Source: an uncultured Erythrobacter sp.
Lineage (GTDB): Bacteria > Pseudomonadota > Alphaproteobacteria > Sphingomonadales > Sphingomonadaceae
Direction: 5' to 3'
Length of the DNA: 36,691 nt
Assembly (NCBI GenBank): GCA_947258465.1
Contig: CAMYIQ010000006.1
Location: 1 to 36,691, forward strand
Shown here piece by piece: positions 19,443 to 27,578 of the stretch (within the stretch, counting starts at the first letter, position 1; each line of letters opens with the position of its first letter). The notes beneath the pieces were generated by a model. It saw only the letters and a program-made list of their open reading frames with translations, was not told the origin of the DNA and did no database searches. The position numbers and the translations under genes were made by a program.

Positions 19443-20555
19443 ATGACCACACCTGACGACCTCCTGCCCGTCGGTCTCGAAGACGCTCTTCCCGATCGTG
19501 CCCGCACCATCACCACGGCCATGCGCGCCGTGCTCGATGCGATGGACGGCCATGGTTACGATCGGGTGCGGCCGCCGCTGGTAGAATTCGAACGCTCGCT
19601 GGCCGGGCGGATGGACGGGGTGGCGACGCGCCGCATGGTGCGCTTCACCGATCCCGACAGTCTGCGCACGCTGGCTCTGCGCAGCGACATGACCGTGCAA
19701 GTCGGTCGCATCGCCGCGACCGGCATGGCTTCTGCGCCGCGCCCCTTGCGCCTGTGCTATGCTGGCGATGTCGCCTTCCTGAGCGCGGATCAGCTCGATC
19801 CGGCCCGCCAGCGGCTGCAATTGGGAGCCGAACTGATCGGTGCTGACAGCGTCGTCGCGGCAACCGAGATCGTCTCGGTCGCTATCGATGCACTCAAGGC
19901 GGCAGGCGTTGCCGCTATCTCGGTCGATTTCACCTTACCCGATCTCGTCGACACGCTGGCGGAAAATGCGATGCCGCTCGATGCCGAACAGCGCGAGGCG
20001 GTGCGGCGCGAACTCGACACCAAGGATGCAGGCGGCCTGCGCGAAGCGGGCGGCGAGGCGTATCTGCCGCTGCTATACGCGACCGGTGCGTTCGACGAGG
20101 CGATCGCCAAGCTCGCCGCGCTGGACGCTGGCGGGGTATTGGCCAGCCGCATCGCAGGGCTGCGCGCGATAGCCGAGGCCATCGGCACCCGTGCCCGCGT
20201 AACGCTCGACCCGACCGAACGCCATGGTTTCGAGTATCAGAGCTGGTTCGGCTTCACGCTCTACGGCGAAGGCGCGCGGGGCGCGCTGGGCCGGGGCGGG
20301 ACCTACACGATCAAAGGCAGCGACGAGGCCGCGACCGGCTTCTCGCTCTATATCGACCCGTTGCTCGATGCGCTGGGACCGATGAAGACCAAGGAAGCGC
20401 AAAGGCTCTTCTTGCCGCTTGGTCACGATCGCGATGCGGCGGCGCGGCTGCGGGCGATCGGCTGGCGCACGGTTGCTGCGGTTGCGGAGAGCGACGATGC
20501 ACGCACGCTGGGGTGCTCGCATATGCTCGACGGCAAGGAGCCGAAGGCGCTTTAG
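19443..20555 (+). CDS. hisZ: ATP phosphoribosyltransferase regulatory subunit
   Basis: LLPVGLEDALP, LALRSDMTVQVGRIA, PRPLRLCYAG, QLGAELIG, GRGGTY..ATGFS: a HisRS-like paralog. Confidence 0.9.
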   Translation: MTTPDDLLPVGLEDALPDRARTITTAMRAVLDAMDGHGYDRVRPPLVEFERSLAGRMDGVATRRMVRFTDPDSLRTLALRSDMTVQVGRIAATGMASAPRPLRLCYAGDVAFLSADQLDPARQRLQLGAELIGADSVVAATEIVSVAIDALKAAGVAAISVDFTLPDLVDTLAENAMPLDAEQREAVRRELDTKDAGGLREAGGEAYLPLLYATGAFDEAIAKLAALDAGGVLASRIAGLRAIAEAIGTRARVTLDPTERHGFEYQSWFGFTLYGEGARGALGRGGTYTIKGSDEAATGFSLYIDPLLDALGPMKTKEAQRLFLPLGHDRDAAARLRAIGWRTVAAVAESDDARTLGCSHMLDGKEPKAL

Positions 20556-21157
20556 GCGGCCTTCCACTGGGGATGCTTGTGCATCACCCCGGCAAACAGC
20601 TCTGAATCGACCAGCCCCGCCAGCCATGCTTGCAGCCTCGGCAAGTCCTGCGCGTCGAACCAAGCGCGATCGGCATTCGCGAATTGGCGAATGAACGGGA
20701 AGATCGCGATATCGGCGAAACCGCGCTTTGTACCGCAGAGATAAGCGTTTTCATCCAGCCGCCGGTCCAGCCGTGCAAGAATCTCCATTGCGGCCGCGCG
20801 GTGCTCCTCCGGCTTCGCACCCTCATACCGCGTGGCATATTTGTAGCGATCAAGATGGTGCTTGAAAGCGCCGTCATTGGTTTCGACCAGTGCGGGATCG
20901 TCGCGGTCCAGCCAGCCTTCGGGATCGCTGCGGCCAAGCGCCCAGCGCATGATGTCCAGGCTTTCCTCCAGCACCTCGCCCTCCGCCGTCACCAGCACTG
21001 GAACGGTGCCTTTGGGCGACACTTCGAGCATCTGCGGCGGCTTGTCGCGGAGCACCACCTCGCGGTGCTCATATTGCGCGCCGCTCACGCTCAGCGCCAT
21101 CCGGGCGCGCATGGCATAAGGGCAGCGGCGGAAGCTGTAGAGGACCGCGTCAGCCAT
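20552..21157 (-). CDS. Glutathione S-transferase family protein
   Basis: [46 protein letters not shown]. Confidence 0.92.
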   Translation of the reverse strand: MADAVLYSFRRCPYAMRARMALSVSGAQYEHREVVLRDKPPQMLEVSPKGTVPVLVTAEGEVLEESLDIMRWALGRSDPEGWLDRDDPALVETNDGAFKHHLDRYKYATRYEGAKPEEHRAAAMEILARLDRRLDENAYLCGTKRGFADIAIFPFIRQFANADRAWFDAQDLPRLQAWLAGLVDSELFAGVMHKHPQWKAA

Positions 21158-22112
21158 CGGCCTCGGCATCCTCGCGCCGCCCGACATGCTCCCGCCCGCG
21201 CGCCTCGGCGAGCATTTCCTGCCGCTGTCGTTCGGCATAGCGCGCGCGCTGTTCGTCCGTCCGCTCATCCCAGCAGCGATGGCAGCTAATGCCTTCCTCG
21301 TAATGTTCGTGTGCCATATCCTCTGCACTCAGCGGGCGGCGGCAGGCGCGGCAAAGCGTATGGTCGCCGAGCCTGAGGCCGTGGCCCACGCTCACGCGCT
21401 CGTCGAAGACGAAGCATTCGCCACGCCACAGGCTTTCCTCTTCGGGCACATGTTCGAGGTAATTCAGAATGCCGCCCTTGAGGTGGTACACCTCCTCCAC
21501 GCCCTCGGCGCGGGCGAAAGCGGTCGACTTCTCGCAGCGGATACCGCCGGTGCAGAACATGGCGATCTTGGGCGAGCCACCTTGCGCCTCGATCTCGGCG
21601 CGCTTGGCGCGGAACCACTCGGGAAATTCGCGGAAGCTCTTGGTCTCGGGATCAATCGCACCTTCGAAAGTACCGATCTGCACTTCGTAATCGTTCCGCG
21701 TATCGATCAGTATCGTTTCCGGATCGGAAATCAGCGTGTTCCAATCGTCGGGCGCGACATAGGTGCCCACACCCGCCAGCGGGTCGAGATCGGGCTGGCC
21801 CATAGTCACGATCTCTTTTTTCAGCCGTACCTTGGTGCGGTGGAAGGGCATGGCCGCCGCGTGGGATTCCTTTACCTCGATGTCGGCACAGCCGGGCAGG
21901 GTCCGCACATGGTCAAGGACAGCCTCGATCCCGTCATGGCTCCCTGCAATGGTCCCGTTGATCCCCTCGCATGCGAGCAACAGCGTGCCGCGCACCCCTG
22001 CTTTTTCCATCGCGCCAAGCAAGTCGGGCTTGATCGCGGCAGGATCGTCGAACCGCGCGAACTGGTAGAGCGCGGCAATGCGGATGGGAAGGTTGGTCTT
22101 GTCGTCGGTCAC
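21150..22112 (-). CDS. trhO: Rhodanese-domain UPF0176 protein, O2-dependent tRNA U34 hydroxylase
   Basis: [60 protein letters not shown]; GTG start at 22112. Confidence 0.88.
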   Translation of the reverse strand: MTDDKTNLPIRIAALYQFARFDDPAAIKPDLLGAMEKAGVRGTLLLACEGINGTIAGSHDGIEAVLDHVRTLPGCADIEVKESHAAAMPFHRTKVRLKKEIVTMGQPDLDPLAGVGTYVAPDDWNTLISDPETILIDTRNDYEVQIGTFEGAIDPETKSFREFPEWFRAKRAEIEAQGGSPKIAMFCTGGIRCEKSTAFARAEGVEEVYHLKGGILNYLEHVPEEESLWRGECFVFDERVSVGHGLRLGDHTLCRACRRPLSAEDMAHEHYEEGISCHRCWDERTDEQRARYAERQRQEMLAEARGREHVGRREDAEADG

Positions 22113-22157
22113 GCGGCGCCCCCTAGCACCGCCTTGCGCGCGCTGCATCCCCTCGCA

Positions 22158-22976
22158 TCACCCCTCGAATGATGCCGGATCGGGTCCCAGCCGCCCCTCG
22201 GGATCGTCCAGGGCGTCGATCCGTGCCATCTGATCGTCCGACAGTTCGAACGACAAGGCAGCAAAGTTCTGCTCGATATGGTCGCGGCTGGTCGATTTGG
22301 GGATCGGGCACAATCCATGCTGGATGTGCCAGCGCAGCACCACCGCACTCGGCGGCTGGCTGGTCTCGCCCGCGATTTCTTGGATTGCGCCTGCATCCAT
22401 CCCGCCGCCCTGTCCGAGCGGCGACCAGCTCTGCGTGACGATGCCCATGTCATCGTGCACCTTACGCAGTTCGCGCTGCTGGAAGCCGGGATGCAGTTCG
22501 ATCTGGTTGAGGGCGGGCGTGACGCCTGTTTCATCGACGATGCGCCTCAAATCCTCTTCGCGGAAGTTCGACACGCCGATCGATTTCGCCTTTCCCTGGT
22601 CGCGCAGTTCGATCAGCGCTTTCCATGTGTCCACGAACAGGTTCTGGTCCGGGCAGGGCCAGTGGATCAACAGCATGTCGACATGATCGCGGCCAAGCCT
22701 TTCGAGGCATTTGTCGGCCGCCTTCAGCGTCCGGTCGTAACCCTGGCTCTCGTTCCAGATCTTGGTCTGGAGGAAGAGATCGGACCAGTCGCCTATTCCG
22801 TCGCCCACGCCGCGTTCGTTCCGGTAGATTGCGGCCGTATCGACCAGCCAGTATCCGACGTCGAGCGCGGTTTTGACCGCCTCTGCGGCCTGATCATTCT
22901 CGATCTGCCAGGTGCCGAAGCCGAGCTGGGGAATCTGGCGGCCATCGTTGAGAGCGAGTGTTGGATAATCGGTCAT
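22158..22976 (-). CDS. Aldo/keto reductase (DkgA-like)
   Basis: IPQLGFGTWQ, DTAAIYRNE, LIHWP, SIGVSNF, NQIELHP, SWSPLG, IPKS. Confidence 0.93.
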   Translation of the reverse strand: MTDYPTLALNDGRQIPQLGFGTWQIENDQAAEAVKTALDVGYWLVDTAAIYRNERGVGDGIGDWSDLFLQTKIWNESQGYDRTLKAADKCLERLGRDHVDMLLIHWPCPDQNLFVDTWKALIELRDQGKAKSIGVSNFREEDLRRIVDETGVTPALNQIELHPGFQQRELRKVHDDMGIVTQSWSPLGQGGGMDAGAIQEIAGETSQPPSAVVLRWHIQHGLCPIPKSTSRDHIEQNFAALSFELSDDQMARIDALDDPEGRLGPDPASFEG

Positions 22977-23027
22977 TGTGTCTCCTTTGCCTAACCAATC
23001 ATGCAGCGGAGACTTGTTTCCGGCAGG

Positions 23028-23525
23028 TCAGCCGCGCGAGCGCAGATTGTCCGCGATCCACCCGGCTGCCTGTTCGACCTTGGCAGGTCCCAATTGTGCC
23101 GCGACGCTGCGGTTCAGCGTGACAAGGTCGATCCGCGCGAGGCTTTCGCGATAGGCGACCTCCGCATGCGCGAAACCGGCGGCGATGTTGCAGGGCAGCT
23201 TGCAGTCCTGCGGCTTGCTGGCGCAGGGGCCGTTCTGGCGGATTTCGGTGCAGCGGAACATCGGTTCGTCACCATCGACCGCCAGCAAGATATCAAGCAA
23301 AGAGATATCGGCCGGCGGCTGGGCCAGGCTGTAAAAGCCGCTGCGACCGCGCCCACCTTTGACGATCCCGGCGCGGGCGAGCGCCTGCATCTGCTTCGCC
23401 ATATAGGGTTCCGGAACGCCGTGAAACTCGGCCAGCGCGGCAAGCGGCAGGCCCCGTTCGGGCCATAGCGGCGCCAGCAGCGCGCAGGCATGCGCAGCCC
23501 ATTCGACACCCTTATTGATCCGCAT
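23028..23525 (-). CDS. Rrf2-family regulator, RsrR-like putative [2Fe-2S] redox sensor
   Basis: MRINKGVEWAAH (E8, W9, H12), AEFHGV (H35), FRCTEIRQNGP (C92), LPCNIA (C112). Confidence 0.85.
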   Translation of the reverse strand: MRINKGVEWAAHACALLAPLWPERGLPLAALAEFHGVPEPYMAKQMQALARAGIVKGGRGRSGFYSLAQPPADISLLDILLAVDGDEPMFRCTEIRQNGPCASKPQDCKLPCNIAAGFAHAEVAYRESLARIDLVTLNRSVAAQLGPAKVEQAAGWIADNLRSRG

Positions 23526-23556
23526 TTGTCCAATCCCTCTTGCGCGCAATCCTATA

Positions 23557-23578
23557 AATGGATATTCAATGTCCGAAT
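23557..23578. promoter_or_regulatory. Putative RsrR-type operator overlapping a sigma70 -10 element
   Basis: TGGATA-TTCAA-TGTCCGA imperfect inverted repeat within TTGCGC(23540)-N17-TATTCA(23563). Confidence 0.6.
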
Positions 23579-23593
23579 AAAAGGAGAAACGCG

Positions 23594-24520
23594 ATGATGG
23601 GCAAACCTGATGGCCTCGACCGGCTGATGCAAGCGGTGATCGCGCTGGTCGCGCTTTTCGCGGTGGCCAATGGCGTCTTCATGCTAACCGACCCGCTGGT
23701 CTGGTACGGTACGCTGGAGACCGTGCAGACGACCGGGCCGGCCAATCGCCATTTCATCGGCGATATCGGCCTTGCCTATATGATTTCGGGGGCAGTGCTG
23801 CTGTACGCTTCGGCCAATCTAACGCTGCGCTGGGGCGCGGCGCTGGTTGGGGTGAGTTGGCTTGCCGCGCATGGAGCCTTCCATGTTTACGAAGTGACAA
23901 CCGGCATTTGCGGCCCGGACGTCTTCTGGCAAGATGCCCCCGGCGTGCTCGGCCCCCCGCTGCTGGTCTTGCTCGCCGTTGGTGTGCAGATGGCCCGGCA
24001 GCGCGTTTCGCCCGTTCCCCTGCCCAAGCCCCTGTTCCTTTCCATCATGCGCAAGGCGGCCGGAAAGTCCGAACCCTATCTGGACGATCTCGACCGGGCA
24101 GGGGGTTTTGCGACCGAGAAGTTCCAGCATGCGATGCTGCTATCCGGCCATCGCTACCACGCGCCCGCCGCGCTGCTGCACATGGCTCGGCTGGGCTCGA
24201 CCCGGGCAGAGGATTGCGGCCCCTGTGTCGAGATCGTCCGCCAGTTCGCCCTGGCCGACGGTCTCGATCCCGATCGCATTCAGGACGCATTGATGGGCAG
24301 GCCGGATGGCGACGAGGATGCGCTGGCCTACGATTTTGGAACTGCCGTATCCTCCGGCGATGTCGCCGCTGCGGCCGAGCTGGGGGAGCGGATCGAGGCG
24401 CTTTACGGCCGCAAGGTTCGCACCGAACTGGCGCTGGGTGCGGCCAGCGGACGGCTGTTTCCCGCGATCAAGCGCGGGCTAGGCTTTGCCTCGGCCTGCA
24501 CCATTCCCCGCGCGGGCTGA
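23594..24520 (+). CDS. Fusion of a 4-TM His-containing membrane domain and an AhpD/CMD-like CxxC domain
   Basis: AAGGAG RBS. N-terminal hydrophobic helices with GPANRHFIGDIG and AHGAFH; C-terminal helical domain with AEDCGPC and RLFPAIKRGLG..C. Confidence 0.75.
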   Translation: MMGKPDGLDRLMQAVIALVALFAVANGVFMLTDPLVWYGTLETVQTTGPANRHFIGDIGLAYMISGAVLLYASANLTLRWGAALVGVSWLAAHGAFHVYEVTTGICGPDVFWQDAPGVLGPPLLVLLAVGVQMARQRVSPVPLPKPLFLSIMRKAAGKSEPYLDDLDRAGGFATEKFQHAMLLSGHRYHAPAALLHMARLGSTRAEDCGPCVEIVRQFALADGLDPDRIQDALMGRPDGDEDALAYDFGTAVSSGDVAAAAELGERIEALYGRKVRTELALGAASGRLFPAIKRGLGFASACTIPRAG

Positions 24521-24559
24521 TCCCCCGCTTTCCTGTATGGGTGTGCCTGCGCGAGCGGC

Positions 24560-24588
24560 TTGACGCGGCACCTTCAGGCCCCTAACCC
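24560..24588 (+). promoter_or_regulatory. Putative sigma70 promoter of purA
   Basis: TTGACG-N17-TAACCC. Confidence 0.55.
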
Positions 24589-24690
24589 GCGCACCGCATT
24601 TGAAGCGGCTATCCGCTTCTCCATTCCATCCCTTGGTCGAGTCCTGTCGAAGGACCTTGTGGATCCCCGGGCAGGGGAAAAGGCGTATTC

Positions 24691-25980
24691 ATGGCAAATG
24701 TGACCGTAATCGGTGCCCAGTGGGGCGATGAGGGCAAGGGCAAGATCGTCGACTGGCTCGCCAGCCGGGCAGACGCCGTCGTGCGCTTCCAGGGCGGGCA
24801 CAATGCCGGCCACACGCTCGTCGTCGGCGACAAGACCTACAAGCTTTCTCTGCTGCCGAGCGGCATTGTCACCGGCACGTTGAGCATTGTCGGCAACGGA
24901 GTCGTGCTCGATCCCTGGCATCTCAAGGCCGAGGTCGAGAAACTCGAGGGCCAGGGCGTCGAGATCAATCCCGACAATTTCGCGATTGCCGACAATTGTC
25001 CGCTGATCCTGCCGATTCACCGCGATCTCGACGGTCTGCGCGAAACCGCGGCCGGTTCGGGCAAGATCGGTACCACCGGGCGCGGTATCGGCCCGGCTTA
25101 CGAGGACAAGGTCGGCCGCCGCGCGATCCGCGTGTGCGATCTGGCGCATCTCGACCATCTCGAACCGCAGCTCGACCGGCTGTGCGCGCACCATGATGCG
25201 CTACGCGCGGGCTTCGATCAGCCGCCGATCGACCGCGAGGAACTGCTCGCCCAGCTACGCGAAATCGCGCCCTTCGTGCTGCAATTCGCCCAGCCGGTGT
25301 GGAAACGCCTGAAGAAGGTCCGCAAGGCCGGTGCCAAGATCCTGTTCGAGGGCGCGCAAGGCGTGCTGCTCGACATCGATCACGGCACCTATCCCTTCGT
25401 TACCAGTTCGAACACCGTCAGCGGAACCGCCGCAGCCGGTAGCGGTCTTGGACCGAACTCCACCGGCTTCGTGCTCGGCATCGTCAAAGCCTATACCACA
25501 CGCGTCGGCAGCGGACCCTTCCCGACCGAGCTCGACGATGAAATCGGCCAGGGGCTGGGGACACGCGGCCACGAGTTCGGCACCGTTACCGGACGCCAGC
25601 GCCGGGTGGGCTGGTTCGATGCCGTGCTGGTGCGCCAGACTTGCGCGATCAGCGGCGTGACCGGCATCGCGCTGACCAAGATCGACGTGCTCGACGGAAT
25701 GGACGAAGTGAAGCTCTGCACCGGCTACCGCCTGCGCGGGCAGGTCTACGATTACTTCCCCAGCCACGCCGCCGACCAGGCTGCGGTGGAGCCGATCTAC
25801 GAGACGATGGAGGGTTGGAAGGAAAGCACGGCAGGCGCGCGCAGCTATGCCGATCTGCCTGCCAATGCGGTGAAGTATATCCAGCGCGTGCAGGAACTGA
25901 TCGAAACGCCAGTGGCGCTGGTTTCCACCAGCCCCGAGCGCGACGATACGATCCTGATGCGCGATCCGTTCATGGATTGA
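24691..25980 (+). CDS. purA: Adenylosuccinate synthetase
   Basis: [54 protein letters not shown]. Confidence 0.99.
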   Translation: MANVTVIGAQWGDEGKGKIVDWLASRADAVVRFQGGHNAGHTLVVGDKTYKLSLLPSGIVTGTLSIVGNGVVLDPWHLKAEVEKLEGQGVEINPDNFAIADNCPLILPIHRDLDGLRETAAGSGKIGTTGRGIGPAYEDKVGRRAIRVCDLAHLDHLEPQLDRLCAHHDALRAGFDQPPIDREELLAQLREIAPFVLQFAQPVWKRLKKVRKAGAKILFEGAQGVLLDIDHGTYPFVTSSNTVSGTAAAGSGLGPNSTGFVLGIVKAYTTRVGSGPFPTELDDEIGQGLGTRGHEFGTVTGRQRRVGWFDAVLVRQTCAISGVTGIALTKIDVLDGMDEVKLCTGYRLRGQVYDYFPSHAADQAAVEPIYETMEGWKESTAGARSYADLPANAVKYIQRVQELIETPVALVSTSPERDDTILMRDPFMD

Positions 25981-26007
25981 TTGCAAATGCGCGGTATGGT
26001 GCATGCC

Positions 26008-26523
26008 ATGATGCGCGGTTTCGCCCTTTCGTTAGCCAGTGCGCTTGCTGCTGCGGCGTTTGCCGCACAGCCTGCGCATGCCCAGCAGGCGCGGGCGGGA
26101 GAGCGGGCGGATTTCGTCCTCATCGACAAGTCGGAGCGCACATTGTGGGTTTATCAGGGCGGCCGGGTGATCCGCAGCTATTCGGGCCTGCAATATGGTG
26201 ACCGGCCACTGGGCCACAAACGCTTTCAGGGGGACGAGCGTACCCCGGAAGGGCGCTATACGATCACCTATGGCAATGAGCAGTCGAGCTTCTACCTCAG
26301 CCTGCATATCGACTATCCCAATGCGCAGGACAGGGCCTATGCGCGTGCCCGGGGCCGCTCGCCGGGCGGGTTGATTTTCCTCCATGGCCAGCCCAACGGC
26401 CTGCCCTTCGACGAGCGGGTTCCGGGTGACTGGACCGATGGCTGCATCGCGCTGTCGAATGCCGAGATCGCCGAGCAGTGGAGCCTGGTGCCCGACGGAA
26501 CCCCGATCGAGATCAGGCCCTAA
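26008..26523 (+). CDS. L,D-transpeptidase (YkuD) family exported protein
   Basis: Signal peptide ending AHA-QQ, GDERTPEGRY, IFLHG..WTDGCIALSN catalytic His/Cys motif. Start uncertain (26008 or 26011). Confidence 0.88.
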   Translation: MMRGFALSLASALAAAAFAAQPAHAQQARAGERADFVLIDKSERTLWVYQGGRVIRSYSGLQYGDRPLGHKRFQGDERTPEGRYTITYGNEQSSFYLSLHIDYPNAQDRAYARARGRSPGGLIFLHGQPNGLPFDERVPGDWTDGCIALSNAEIAEQWSLVPDGTPIEIRP

Positions 26524-26894
26524 CCGCGCCGATCCTCCAGCATCGCCAATTGCACCTGCAGCCGTTTCACTTCCCGCAGGACCGTGAGCATGTTCATGCG
26601 GTTGAAAAACCATTCCTTGAGGAAGCCCTGCGCGATCAGAGCCGCGATCGTCGCGAGGCTCCACAGCACCGTCTCGCGCACGTCAGGTGCAACGAGCGCC
26701 TGATAGAGCGTGTAGATCATGGCCGCACCGAGGGCGAAGGATACCACTGCCATAAGCTTGGCCCAGCCGCCCAGCGCGCCGCCCATGGCATCGCCGATCT
26801 GTCGGAACATACCGCGATCCTCCTCCAGCCGGTCGAGAAATGCTCTGTCGTCCGCGTCGAGCGCGGTGCGGATCTGGTCGTCGATATCGGTCAT
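26520..26894 (-). CDS. Small 2-TM protein, putative anti-sigma factor (DUF6768-like)
   Basis: ATG overlaps the sigma stop (ATGA). MTDIDDQIRTAL, two TM segments, KEWFFNRMNMLTVLREVKRLQVQLA. Confidence 0.7.
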   Translation of the reverse strand: MTDIDDQIRTALDADDRAFLDRLEEDRGMFRQIGDAMGGALGGWAKLMAVVSFALGAAMIYTLYQALVAPDVRETVLWSLATIAALIAQGFLKEWFFNRMNMLTVLREVKRLQVQLAMLEDRRG

Positions 26895-27457
26895 AGGTCT
26901 TCTCCTGGTTTGTCTTCGCTCAGGGCCACTTTCAGCTTGCGGCGAGCGTGGAAGAGGCGAGTCTTGGCGGTGCCCAGCGGCACTTGCTGCACCTCGGCGA
27001 TCTCGGCGAGGGTGAGCCCTTCGACGAAGAACAGTTGCGCGGCGAATCGTTGATCGCTGGGTAGCGCAGCGAAGGCCTGGCGGATGGCTATCGTATCGTC
27101 CGTCGTGGCGGGCAGATTGGGTTCTTCCCCGCTTTCGGCCCTGTGCAATTTGCTCGACTGCGCCTTCCGGATATGATCCGTGCATCGCCGACGCAGGATG
27201 CCGAAGGCCCAGGGTGCAAAGCGAGTCGGATCGCGCAAGCCCTCCACCCCGCGCAGGATCGACAGCCACGTCTCCTGCACCACCCCCAGCGCCGCCTCGT
27301 CATCGGCAAGAAGCCGACGAGCGGTGCGCGCCAATCGTGGTTGCCAGCGTATGGCCAGCCTCTCCCCGGCGCGCCGGTCACCCGATTGCAACAGCGTGAC
27401 GAGCAATTCGTCGTAGAGCCGTTCCGCCGACGGCGCTTTGGCGTTCCGGCCCTTCAT
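26891..27457 (-). CDS. ECF RNA polymerase sigma factor
   Basis: Region 2 (VVQETWLSI..FAPWAFGILRRRCTDHIRK) and region 4 (EGLTLAEIAEVQQVPLGTAKTRLFHARRKL). Confidence 0.92.
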   Translation of the reverse strand: MKGRNAKAPSAERLYDELLVTLLQSGDRRAGERLAIRWQPRLARTARRLLADDEAALGVVQETWLSILRGVEGLRDPTRFAPWAFGILRRRCTDHIRKAQSSKLHRAESGEEPNLPATTDDTIAIRQAFAALPSDQRFAAQLFFVEGLTLAEIAEVQQVPLGTAKTRLFHARRKLKVALSEDKPGEDL

Positions 27458-27464
27458 GATCCGA

Positions 27465-27492
27465 TAGTCGCACCAAGAGGGCTAATGGTTCA
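27465..27492 (-). promoter_or_regulatory. Putative ECF autoregulatory promoter (leaderless)
   Basis: Minus strand reads TGAACC-N16-CGACTA, ending 7 nt before the ATG; no SD. Confidence 0.6.
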
Positions 27493-27537
27493 ATCGGGCG
27501 GGTGATTTTTCCTCGTTTCTTGACGTGATCCGTATTT

Positions 27538-27552
27538 GTTCTCACTATGTTT
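27538..27552 (+). promoter_or_regulatory. Putative alphaproteobacterial LexA (SOS) box
   Basis: GTTC-TCACTAT-GTTT, one mismatch to GTTC-N7-GTTC, overlapping the -10 of TTGACG(27520)-N17-CACTAT(27543). Confidence 0.5.
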
Positions 27553-27578
27553 CTCTTTCGGATAAGGAGTGCGACTCG

